Below, piece after piece: positions 42,101-55,162 of a DNA stretch of 64,000 nucleotides. Location: NCBI RefSeq assembly GCF_009914755.1, contig NC_060935.1; one strand, given 5' to 3'. Each line of letters begins with the position of its first letter. Positions within the stretch are counted from its first letter, which is position 1. The stretch comes from the human T2T-CHM13v2.0 reference genome, Homo sapiens. A model generated the notes under the pieces. That model saw only the letters and a list, made by a program, of their open reading frames with translations. It ran no database searches and was not told where the DNA came from. A program made the translations under genes and the position numbers.

Positions 42101-43850
42101 TAACTAGCTTCAATTCCCATCTACAATTGACTCTAATCCTCAGACACCATTGTTAATGATCTGCTTGAAATCTTTTTTGCTGGTTGTGTACTAAGTTGAG
42201 GATATACTCCCTGGTATTTATCGTTTCCTCCCACAGACTTCCACTGTGTCCATGTGTGCTACTCCCCACTTCTTGCCAGATTTTCCTACAGTCAGTATCA
42301 GAAATTAGACATGCTAGCTTAAGTCTGACAACTAATGAGAGTCAGAAGATGACTGCTGCTCTGCTACCAAGTTTAGTAACCGTTAGGAATTTCTGATGAT
42401 TAATAAGATAACTTCAGAAATAACTGTAAATTTTTACTTATTGTAGATTTTAAAATTAACCAAAATGTGTGGTTAGGACATGTGTGTGGTTAGGACATGT
42501 GTAAAGTAGGATGATATTTGTCTCTCTTTGAAATCTAAAATGGTACGAAATAAAAAGTAATCATTTGAAAATTATGTGGTCTTGATTTTAGGTCAGCCTT
42601 ATACAGATAAAGATGTTTCCAAGAGCTCAGATTTTTCAGCCAATTTATTTTTAAATGCATTTATAAACTATCAGAATGCTATGCTGCAGACCTTTTAGTA
42701 GTTATAGAATCTTGTGACTGAAAGGTACCTCATAAAAACCTGTGTGTCTTAACTACCTTCCCAGAGATGTAGGGCTCAGATGCCAGACCCAGAGAGGTTT
42801 CTAGGAGCCTGGATTGAGTAGGTCTTCCTTTAATATGCCACCAAGGGACAGAGAAAGTATGGTGTTCAAAGATGACACTGGAAACAAAAGTAGTCAAACT
42901 GAGATACTATTTGAAAATCCTAAGCAGACAAGCACAACTAGGTATAAGGAAACTGAAGAGACTGGGAAGACCTGGACAAAGTAAATTAATTTGGTTGGAG
43001 GCTGGAAGAAATAATGGTGAAAACCCCTGAAATAATGTGGAAGAGTAATAGATACTTTTAATAGAGCATGGTTAGCTTTGCTTTACAGTGGGGAGAGTTG
43101 GTAAGAACCCTGAGCCAATTTAAATAAATATAATATAGACAGACTGCTTAAATTTTCTCTATAGATTCCAAATCAAATTAGCCACCCAATCCAGTATGTG
43201 AAGACTTCCTGTGGTTACCACTTATTATTGTCCAAAGGTGTCCATTTTGATTTTGTAACTCGGAGTATTAAACAATGTTTCCCCTTATTGAACTAAAATG
43301 GGCCCACTATAACTTCTTCCTACTGGTCCTAGTCTTTTATGCTATGCATAGCCATAATACAAATGCAATATCAATTGTACTTTTTTTGGAAATCAATAGG
43401 GCCCCAAAATTTAAGTAGTAGGATTATCTGAACATTCTAATTTGAAATCTTAATAGGCAAGGAAAATGGAAATGAGTTATTTTACTAGAACTACAGAAAG
43501 GCTAATATTCAGATAATTGTTCAAACTTCAAATGTTTGATTGCATTTTAAACTTTCTCTAATAAGATACTTTTTAGAAGGTGAAAAGATGTTAATATAGT
43601 TATCATCATTAAAATATTTAATGGACACATCTTGAGACAGGCACTTAGACGCTGGGCCCTTGTTCTCAGTGACCTTAAAAAATATCGTCAGAGCTATGAC
43701 AGGAAAGAGCTAAAGGTTGTTTTCTATTTGAAGTCCATAATGTATTTTGGAGCAGAAATGTAAAATATGGGGGAATATCATCCTTTCTGAAGAAAATAAA
43801 AATGTGTTTCTGAAGCCTAAAGGAGTCAGTTAATGTAGATTTCTCACTGT

Positions 43851-43856
43851 TTTATT
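43851..43856 (-). terminator. Polyadenylation signal of TYR-like exon 5
   Basis: AATAAA on the - strand (tttatt on +), about 375 nt after the stop codon. Confidence 0.75.
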
Positions 43857-44231
43857 AAAATAAAGAAGGGGCCAATAAAACATATATATATCTTTAAATA
43901 ATCAGAAGGCAAAAATCAAAATTATTTCAATTTTTTAAAATAAGAAGAGCACTTTAATTCACATACAAGTAACAGTTCCTCATTACCAAATAGCGTCCTT
44001 TCCTTAGACATATGGGCTTAGGGGAAAATGTTAAAAGGGCTGAGTGAAAACAGCAAGACAAAGACAGGTGCGTTCTACCTGAGTTGGAAGAAGGCTATAC
44101 TTTGTATTAGGTTACAATTTTGCAAATGGTCTTTACAGAAAAATATCAGCAGATATTCTCTGGGAACCTGGACATTACTTTGAGTTAGAGTGAGGTCAGG
44201 CTTTTTGGCCCTACTCTATTGCCTAAGCCTT

Positions 44232-44735
<504 letters not shown>

Positions 44736-44978
44736 TTAAATGTTAGCTGTGATTTTTCCATCTTTTTCTGTAAAAGGTTGTTGTAACTATTCCAATTATC
44801 AATAGAACACTGTTATATCATTAACCATTCACTAATCCAGTCTTTAATTATTTGACAAACATTAATAGTAATGTTGGCAAATGCTCAGTAATCTTAGAAG
44901 CCTCCCAAGAACCCCAGGGCATTTGAACAATCTCTGTATTCACAGAGGTCACAGTCTTAAATCTTGAAACAGATTTTG

Positions 44979-45222
44979 GCGCATGGGCGCCGTCCCTCTG
45001 TCCTAAGGCTTCAGGGGTGGGGGGCGCTCTTGGTTACCCGGCCGCAGTGGCATAGGAGCGGGCCCTGTGCCGCGGTACCCTGGAGCGCCCGCACTCTGGG
45101 CCTTTGTTTCTCCTCGGAGGTGCACTCCCTGCTGGAGGGCAGGGGCCTGGCCTTTATAGGCCTCAGGACACTGAAAGTAAAGCCTGGAGGGGCGGGGCTT
45201 AGGGGAGCCGATATATGTAAGA
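44979..45222 (-). promoter_or_regulatory. CpG-rich segment with GC box and TATA-like box oriented on the - strand
   Basis: About 14 CpG in ~240 bp within an AT-rich window. GGGGCGGGGC at 45189-45198 and TATAAA (- strand) at 45158-45153. Confidence 0.45.
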
Positions 45223-45873
45223 ATAATAGCCCTTTAGGTCTGCCAAAATCAAACAACAACAATCAAAACAAACAAAAAAACCCCAAAAGCCTTAAATGAA
45301 ACTACAGTGCAAAAAATAAACATAAATATTTTAAAAAGGGAGGGAAAAAAACAGAATGAAAAGGGTAAAAAAGTCGAAGAGGCAGAGCCTGAAGAATTTG
45401 TGGAAAAACTACTGGATCCAATTATAGCAAAAGGGAAGGTGGAGCATTTCCTGAAGTGGAAGAGACGTCAGATGTTGACAGTACTTGGGAACCCGCAGAA
45501 AATTTAGATTGTCCAGAGTTAATTGAAACATTCCTTAATTCTCAAAAAGCTGGTAAAAAAAGAAAAAAGTACAAAAAGAAAGAAAGTCTTTATCTGACAA
45601 TGAATCTAATGACAGCAAATCAAAGAAGACAAGAGATGCTGCCGACAAACCAAGAGGCTTCACCAGAGATCTTGATCCTGAAAGAATAATTGGTGCCACA
45701 GGCAGCAGTGGAGAATGGATGTTTCTCCTGAAATGGGAATATTCACATCAGGCCGACTTGGTGCTGGCAAAAGAGGCAAATATGAAGTGTCTTGAAATTG
45801 TAATTTTTTTTACAAAGAGAGACTAAGTTGGCATTCTTGTCCAGATGATGAAGCTTAATTGTTTGCATTGTGA

Positions 45874-45913
<40 letters not shown>

Positions 45914-46082
45914 ATCTATATCTGTATATATATATATCTGTATATATATATATATATCTGTATATATATATATCTGTATATATATATATATATCTGTATA
46001 TATATATATCTGTATATATATATATATATCTGTATATATATATATCTGTATATATATATATATATCTGTATATATATATATA
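45874..46082. repeat. Compound microsatellite (TATC)10 + [TCTG(TA)6 TCTG(TA)8]x4 + TCTG(TA)7
   Basis: TCTG starts at 45921, 45937, 45957, 45973, 45993, 46009, 46029, 46045 and 46065. Confidence 0.95.
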
Positions 46083-49000
46083 AAATCTGGGTCTTGGCTT
46101 TTAATTAACTAGTGTGGGAAAATAACTACATTCTAATGAAAATCAGTTTTTATATGTTAATTTTAAAAGTAGTATTGGGAGAGTTGGGTTTTTTTGGTGT
46201 GTGTGGTTTTTTTTTCATCAATACCACTGGTTACTTTGAACAAATAAAAGCTTTCTGTAGTTGCTTCCTTTATCATAAAAGAACATTTGATATCTTGTTA
46301 TTTTATGCATGTATTCATAAAATGATGTATTATTTCCTCTGCATTAGAGAACAGCACTTCTAAATGTCGGGGAAAATTTCCATAGTCATTACTCAATCAG
46401 AACTTGCGTTTAGCCTAAGGACCATTCTGGGTTGTGTGTGTGTGTGTGTATGCCTAAAATGTGTACTTAAATGGCTTTTTGTGTTGTTTTTAAACATTCA
46501 CCAAACAAAAATCACGGGTAAGCCCATGTTTTTGAGATGCCATCATTCTGAGCAACCTAAGAAATAAATCACATCAAATTAAATTCAAAATTTTCCTGAA
46601 GCCATACATTTCAAATAAAACAGATGATTCTATAATTAGTTGGACAATTTAAATGAATCATTTAATAGTAGCCATATAAGAATCCCTATCTACACCTTTA
46701 GTCATATAAATGAACAGTTTGTTTGCAAAATTCCTAAAAGGAATAATTTTATTACTACCAACAACCTCCCCAACCAGATGAGGGAACTAGACAGATCCCG
46801 CTCTGTTTTAATTATCTAAACAAGACTTAATTTAATGGACATTTAAAGATTCCTCTACCAGGCCATTCCTTTACAAAAAGTTGAAATCCCTGTGCTATAC
46901 TGACTAAAAGGTAATGATTCATGGGATGTCGAAGACTTGGCTTTAGGAACCCAATCAGATGGTTGGAGATTTGGCAGTTTAGAATCTGCTGCCATAAATA
47001 GATGAACAACTTTTGTAATGTATTGACTTGCATATTTTTTCTTTACCTTAACTAATTCCTTACATGTAGACTCAGTCCTTTCAATATTTGATTTGCTGGT
47101 TCAGCAGAAACCAGGAAAAACAATAACTTGGTAGTAATCAGAATGTTATCCAATTGTATGTTGATTCCTTTATTGTAAATAAAGGTGAATAGTGGTCAAT
47201 CATTTTACATTGCTTTAAAAAGCAACAACAGATTTTGACCACATATATTTTAACAATAATTCTGAACAAGGAAAAGTCTTTAGCCTCCTGATTATTTATA
47301 TTCCTTCAAACCACATAAGAACATGGCATTGGGGAGAGACAGCATCCAATATGTTACTGGCTTAGCATTTCCTCTATTATCGTACCCATCACATTATATT
47401 CCAGTTATCTATTACATGAATTTTTTTTCTATTAAAATGGCTCATTGAAGGCCAATAGTATATTGTCATCATTGATATAATTCTAGAATCTGGTATAGTG
47501 TCTGAAACACATATGAGAGAATGAACATGTTTACTGAATGACTGAATGTGTTATTGGACTCAGAAGATATGGTGAAGGAATGTCCCTGAATGGCAGCTGT
47601 GGAATGAGAAGGGGAGACGTACACAAAAGGATGTCACCCAGGGAAAAAATTTATAAATTACTCATATTTCACTATGTTATGAGGTAGTAGTTACAGTTCC
47701 TTTTAAAATTTGGTATAAACAGTGATGGGTGCTTTAAAATGAAAAAAAAAAAAAGAGTCTTAATTCCAATAGAAAAGTAATGTAGGAAAACAAATGTAAT
47801 CATAGCATGCTATTTGGTTGAACTGTAAATAATATTGTAGTAGTAAAAACAATAAAATTCCTAGATGTGGATTTGCCCCCAAATATGATAATACTATACT
47901 GAGAAGATGAATGAAAGAACAGGGAAGCTGTAAGAGAGTTAAAATCATTATTTAAATATGAGGAACTCCAAAGATAAACTTGATGAATTAACAGAGAGTA
48001 ATATTTCCCTATCATTTAGAAATACAGGGCAATATAGCAGAATAAATAGCTAAAAGGGTTACAGTAGCTGATATAGGGGCATAAACCTTTTGTTATAAGA
48101 CTTGCAGCATTCTTTGGCTTGTAAAATAACATGCATATAATATTTGATAAAGCAAAATTAATTAAGAGATATGCTTAAAAACTTATGTGTATGTGGAAAA
48201 AAGTATAAGAAAAAGTACAATGGAGACTAAAACAGCACAAGTGATCAATCTAACAATAAGATTACAGGTGATTTTTATTTTTGGTTTATTCTATTAATTT
48301 TCCAAAATAAAAAAAAAAGTCTTTTTACTGATACAATTAGAAAGCATGCTACTAAAAGTACCTGATGCAATTAATAGATGATATAACTATATATTTAGGA
48401 AATCCATAATCAGATAATGCTTAGTAAAAAAATAAAATACTGCTAGATAAGGATTACATAAATTAAACTTCCCTGTACATCAACAATTAACCTATTGTTT
48501 CTATTAAAATGGCTCCTTGAAGGCCAATAGTATGCTTACATCATTGATTTAATTCTAGAATCTGGTACAGTGTCTGAAACACATATGAGAGAATGAACAT
48601 GTTTACTGAATGACTGAATGTGTTATTGGACCCAGAAGATATGTTGAAGGAATGTCCCTGAATGGCAGCTGTGGAAATGGGAAGATTTGTTTTAATGAAA
48701 AACAAATCTCATTCACACAATCAACTACATATTTAAGGCATGTAACAGTTAAGGAGAGATGTTTAAATTTTATGTAACTATAACTATAGAATCTATTTAG
48801 GAGACTATAAGATTTGAGTAAATGAGGAAGTCTGTACTGAGTATCTGTTCAGTAAGAGCAAATGGCTTCTTTCTAACAAAACAATTCCTTTATAGAAGAT
48901 GCTCTCTATAATGTATATAGAAGATATGTATGTAGAACATACACAGAAGATACTATAAATTTACTTTTTGACATAGCATAAAGAAGAGAGTGCATCCTGG

Positions 49001-51054
49001 GCTTACCTCGCAGCAAGTCATGCCTATGTGACTCAAGTCTAGAGCAAAAATGTATGTATAACTTTGGGGGAAGTTCCCTTAAAAAGAAAAAAGTATATCT
49101 TTGACCATTTACCTTTTCCTTTCTGACTAGCTAGAATACAGACAGGTTGTTGGCGAGCCATCATGGACTATATAATCCAGGGTAAACCCTAGACCTTGAA
49201 AATTACTGTTTTTAATATATATTAAAATTATTTTGAAAATGGGACTATAATACTTAGCTTAAATTGCTGTTAGTGGCTTCAATACATAGTACATTTAAAA
49301 TGTCCAAAAAAAGGCAGGATACATAGAGGCTACATAATAAATATTTTCTTTTTTGTTAAAGGCTCAGCTGAAGTGCTTTCACAGCTTCTAAATACTATTT
49401 CTATGTCGGTCCTGTTCTCCAGCTTCTCTTACTATTGCTCCACTTCAATTCATTCCAAGTGGTCTCAATTTTTACTGTCACCAAGGGACTGTCCTTGAGA
49501 CATTTTTATTTCTCAACATTCTTAAAATTCAGACTTTCTTTCTAAGCCATCTGTGTTTGAGCCCCAATAGTGCACCTTTTTCTTCTGTTCCAATGTCGTA
49601 ATTTTTTGGTCATCTTTCCCTATGTGAAGTCCTATTTTTCTTGTCATCCATTCTTTTCAGAATAATTATGTAGATTTTTGTTTTATGCTCTATCATTTCC
49701 AAAGCGCATTAACATGCCCATTTATTCACAAAACAAACACATGAAGTAGTTAGTGGCCATTACTCTAATGAATTAGGAGTCTGCCTGGAGTGATTAAACT
49801 AGACAATGTATGTATAGCCCTTGGTACAATGTCTACCATATAGAAAACAATTTACAACTGCTGTTGATTCTTATCATGATAGAATGATAGTTTCATCAAT
49901 ATTTCAACTAAATCAGCTTACAATATGAGTTTTTCTTTCCAAACTTGCTTCAGCTGCTGACTCCTCAGCTCCATTCTCTTCTGGATTCTCAAACTAGTTT
50001 CTTTGCTGCCTTGTGATATTTGGCACAAATGTCCATTTATTATAATTATATCTATTTATATATGTCTTATTTTTCAAGCTTGTCACAAACTCTCAAGAGC
50101 AAGTATTATGTCTTACTTGTTTTATCTTTCTTCAATTCATTTATTAAAATACCACATATTCATTGAGATACACTACCTGTCGGCAGGGAGTTGGGGGGCA
50201 CTCTGTCTCATTTACCTTTTCACCCTCAGCACCTGGCAGGTAAACAACTCATTTCGAGAGTAATGTTGTTCTGATGAAGATACAAAGGGATCATGGAGAA
50301 AAGACTTCCTACATCTCTGTGAAGTTAGGGAAGGCACCCCAGAAGACTGTCCCACTGAGTAAAAGAATGAATTAGACTCTGAGCATATAATGTTGATGGC
50401 AATCCATCCTAGGCAGAAAGGAACAGCATGCACACAGGTATACACAGCCAAACAGAGCTATTGAACAAATTCATGAATGATAGAAGTGTCATCAAATTCC
50501 ATTGGCAGAATGGGACACTGCAGTTACTCTGAACAGTGTTTCCCCTTCTCATTTTTGAAACCAAATTTCCAGGTCTTTTGTAACGTATGGGAAGAAGGAA
50601 GCTCTCAACAGAGTTTTTCTGCTATGTAGAAAGTAAGATTACATTTATCAACAACATTGAGGACACAATCCTTCTTTGCCAAAGATTTTTGGCCTCCCCT
50701 TGTAAATTAGTTATACATATGAGAAAATCACCTGCTACTCAATTTTCTAAAGAATCACTAAATTCAATTATAAGAGAAAAAGTTTGATAAATGGCAGACA
50801 TCAGCTGCCTTTTTACAGAAACCACTTAATTAATTATAAACATGAGTACCTGGTTGATGAATAATAATCCCCTTGAACAAAATTATATCAAGAAATTTTA
50901 AATAAATTTTTAGTAAGCTTAAAATTCAGCTATGAATAGAGATAAATTTTAAACTCCTTGAAAGTACAACAGAAGCAACAATATGGAAAAATTCATAAAA
51001 TAGAAAATAGGCAATTGGTGTTACTTAGTTTAGCTGTTTTGTTTTGCTTTGTTT

Positions 51055-51141
51055 TTAGAGATGAGTCTTGCTGTGTTGCCCAAACTGGCCTCACACTCCT
51101 GGGCTTAAGAGAACCTCCTGCCTCAGCTTCCTAAGTATCTG
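51055..51141 (-). mobile_element. FLAM/Alu monomer fragment
   Basis: 'gagatgagtcttgctgtgttgcccaaactggcc...cctcagcttcctaagt'. Confidence 0.75.
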
Positions 51142-54100
51142 CTGTTGCTTATTTTAAAGTCAAACTTCTCTAAAATTAACTTTGTAAATTCAAAGCTGTG
51201 TGAAAATTACTCTAAAGCATTTCAAATAAATTGTTTCTTTAAATTTAATTGGAAATAAATACCTTCAAGCCTCTAATATGACTCATTGAGCCTCTTCTCC
51301 CCTGGCTCATCCAGGAAATTTTGTTGCCTTTGTAGTAAAAAGTATCCATTTGGACACTAGGGAAGGAACAAAGAGGTGGAGCATATGTGTAGAAGACAAT
51401 ATAGGGGTTAAAGGGAGCTCTCTTCTCTGTGCAGTGATGGAGTGATGAAGTTTGGATTCAATATTTGACACTTACTAGCTTTGTAGTTTAAAATTAATCA
51501 CTTTATCTTCCTGAGTCTCAATTTACTTACCTGTAAAACAGAATAAAAATCACCCTTCCATGGGTTTTAAAAATTAGCCGAGTCAATAATTTATATGCTG
51601 ATGTCTCTCACATTCGGATCTGATGGCCAGACACTGTTTTTGAGTTTCAGGCCTGTGTATCCAACTTCCCAAGAGAAATTTACCTTGCCGTCCCATATAA
51701 CTTCATTTCACTGTATAACAAAACCATAAGCTTTCCTCCATGTCTTTCTTTGCTCCTCTTGTTATTATATGAGTGAATTATACTACCATTCATCAGTTTC
51801 ACAGGCCAGAAAGCATAAAGCCATTCCTAATCTCCTTCATCTGGTATATAAATAATTTTCCAAGTTCTGTAAATTTTGCCTTCAAAATAATATCAAATTA
51901 ATGATGCTTTCTATCTCCCTTCCTGCCACCACCACTGCAACTTAAACTGCCTTTACCTCTTCCTCAGACTCTTATAATAGCATTTTCACTGCCTTTCTGC
52001 ATGTGCTTTCCAACTACTAAAATTTTTCTGCATACTGAAGCTGCAATAATCTTTTGAAAATTCAAATTTGATTATAACCTGCTTAAAATTTATCAGTGGC
52101 TAGCATTATTCTAACAATATGGCCCAAATTCATAACCATGTCCTCTTTTTCAACTAGTTAATTCTACCTGTCATATTGATGTCATCTGAAATATCACTTC
52201 ATTGACCCCTGGATTTAGACATATCTCTACATAAATGAGTTTTTAAGCAAGCAGTTAAGATCTTTCTCTTCCATTATAAACTTTGTGAAGATAGAGACTA
52301 TGTTGTTTACCATTGTATCCATAGTATCTAAGGCAATGTCTTATTCAAAGTACTTATTGAATAAATGTGTGTGTAAAGAATAAACGACTCAGTACAGACA
52401 CATAAAAAAAAAAAACACCTGGCATGATAGAATACTTATAGTGTTTTAAAATATATATCCAAAAGTGACCTGAGTATTAAGAGGTGTGGCATTTTTCTAG
52501 AAAACTTCATTTATATTAGTTAAGAGAAATGACACTTCATGATAAATATCACTTGCACTCAAATTGATTTATTGATTTCAGTCCATACCAGATACAATGT
52601 GATGCTTAGAATGGAGAAGCTTGCAAGATAAATTCTGATCTTGGGGGTTTGGGGAAGAATAAAACCCAGGACAGATTCATACATAGAAAGAAATGCTATG
52701 TAACTATGAGAAAGGCGTGAGTAAACATCACTATAAGTATAAAATGATTTTTATATCTGAGAGTTTGACAAATGGAGAAGTAGAGTCAGAATTCAGGCAG
52801 AAACAATAGCATATTTAAAAGCATGAACCCATGAAAGTCTAGCATGTTTTGGAAATGGAAACAGATACTAAATCATAGAATCCTAAATGGAACATCTTTG
52901 AAAAATAGTTACCAATAAGCTCCCTTTTTTATGTACTGTGGTTTTCATAGAAGAAAGAGAAGACATGTTACTTGAGACTTACAGGAAGCCCCTCCTCTTA
53001 CCACACCTCCACCCTTTGCAAATTTCTCTGTTCCTAGTGATCTTAAGATTTTCCAAAAACTGATCTTCTTTGTCAGCTGTGTTAGCATTTTGTCCATTGT
53101 CTACAGTCTTCCGATAAAGCAGAAAAGTTCAATTAAACCCATATCTTTTCAATTAATCATCCCTCAAAGGGCAGAACAAGGTTGATAACCTATAGACTCT
53201 CCTGTTAACCCTAAATTGTGTATGTACTATACCATATACTAGGTAAGTGGCCTGGGAAAATCAATTTATACTCTTTATGACTCTGTTTCCTCATCTATGA
53301 AAAAGAAAAAGAAATAATGATACCTACTTCATAGAGTAATTATGAAGATTTAAGGAAGTAATGCATAGGGCACATTGAGAAGAGTTCCTGGCTAATAAAA
53401 AATACTTAGTATGTGTTAACTGTTATAAACTGGGTCAACTTATTTTCTTTGTGTCCTTTTCCACTGTTCATCCTACTCAAATAGAATAATTCAGCATTTC
53501 ATAAATATGCTGTACATTTTCCACCTCTACTGTTCTTGCTATTCTCTTTGCCTAGCATATCCCCTGCCCTTTTCTATCTGCTACCTGCTTACTCATTCTC
53601 AAGGCCTCGTTTTCTCTTTTTAGGTTGAATCCTTCAAAAGTCATGGCTTTCTCTTTAGCACTGCTGTGGGATTTTCTTTATGACTCTTTTACTGCACATA
53701 ACACAGCCTGATGTTTTTTACTTCCTTGCACAATTGTCTTACTTCCACACTGGAGCTTCTTCAGGTATGAAACTATGGCAGTCATGTATCACTGAATTCG
53801 AGCACAAGAGTGAGAGGGTTGAGTTTCATTCATTTGTTTATTTTATTTATTTATGTATTTATGTGTCATTATCAATGAATACAATGAAACATCAATGCTT
53901 GTTAAATACCTCCTACCCACAAGCCACACTGTTTTTGATAATTAACCCTCATGTGTTAGGTGAATTACAGTGTGGTGAGATGAGGAGGACCTCCTGGAAT
54001 TGAAATCTTGCTTCTCCACATTATTGGTGTTTGATTTTGAGAAAGTCACTTAAATTCTCTGGGTATCAGTGTCCTCACCTTTATCTTGGAAGAATAAAAC

Positions 54101-54718
54101 TTACCTCCTATATGGTTTATTAATAATACATGTAAAGAATATGCATGTAGTGGACTTTCAGGTAGAAGGAAACACTACTATCTGTTCCTCATTTTGTCAA
54201 GAAGATACTGACATGGTTCTATGCAGGAAGATTATTTAGAGCCCAAATCTAATTCTAATCCTGGGGTTTTATATTGCTATCTTCATCATAGAGCAATAAA
54301 CATTATAATAGCTATTATTATTAACTACACTTAAGTTCAAGATTTCTACAAATTTTCTTGGTAACCCTAGCAAGAAACTTCCAAAAATGATTCCAAAACT
54401 GCTGGATGTTTACCCTGTGTTACACTGTACTAGGTTCATTAATGTATCATTCTCAATAATTCTTTAGGGTGTTCTGGTCCCAGGATTTCAGGTGAATAAA
54501 CTGAGATTCAGGGATGCAGAGCAAATTTCCCCAGGTCACATTACAGTCAGTTGATAGAGTCATTTCTCAAAACCTTTTTTTTTTCTTCTTCTGATTCGAC
54601 TGCTCTTCCCATGGTTGCCATGACTATGACTTTAAAGATCTTCAGAATTTGACTCCTGTGATAATGAATTGGTAATAAATTAAGGATTATAAGTTACTTT
54701 CAGGATTTAAAGGGTTCA

Positions 54719-55162
<444 letters not shown>

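Larger units (their letters stand above)
44979..47226 (+). pseudogene. CBX3P8: Processed pseudogene of CBX3 (HP1-gamma), antisense within TYR-like intron 4
   Basis: Intronless chromodomain and chromoshadow remnants ([44 protein letters not shown]). It has frameshifts, a lost ATG, a long 3'UTR and a decayed A-tail. An 11-bp TSD AACAGATTTTG lies at 44968-44978 and 47227-47237. The P8 numbering is tentative. Confidence 0.9.

Noticed and set aside
45307-45689. HP1/CBX3-like ORFs as coding
   Set aside because: Frameshifted fragments of a processed pseudogene with no native ATG.
45921-46082. CRISPR-like regularly spaced array
   Set aside because: No unique spacers. It is a simple eukaryotic tandem repeat.
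45845-46112. YIYI-rich ORFs
   Set aside because: Translation of the TA/TATC microsatellite.
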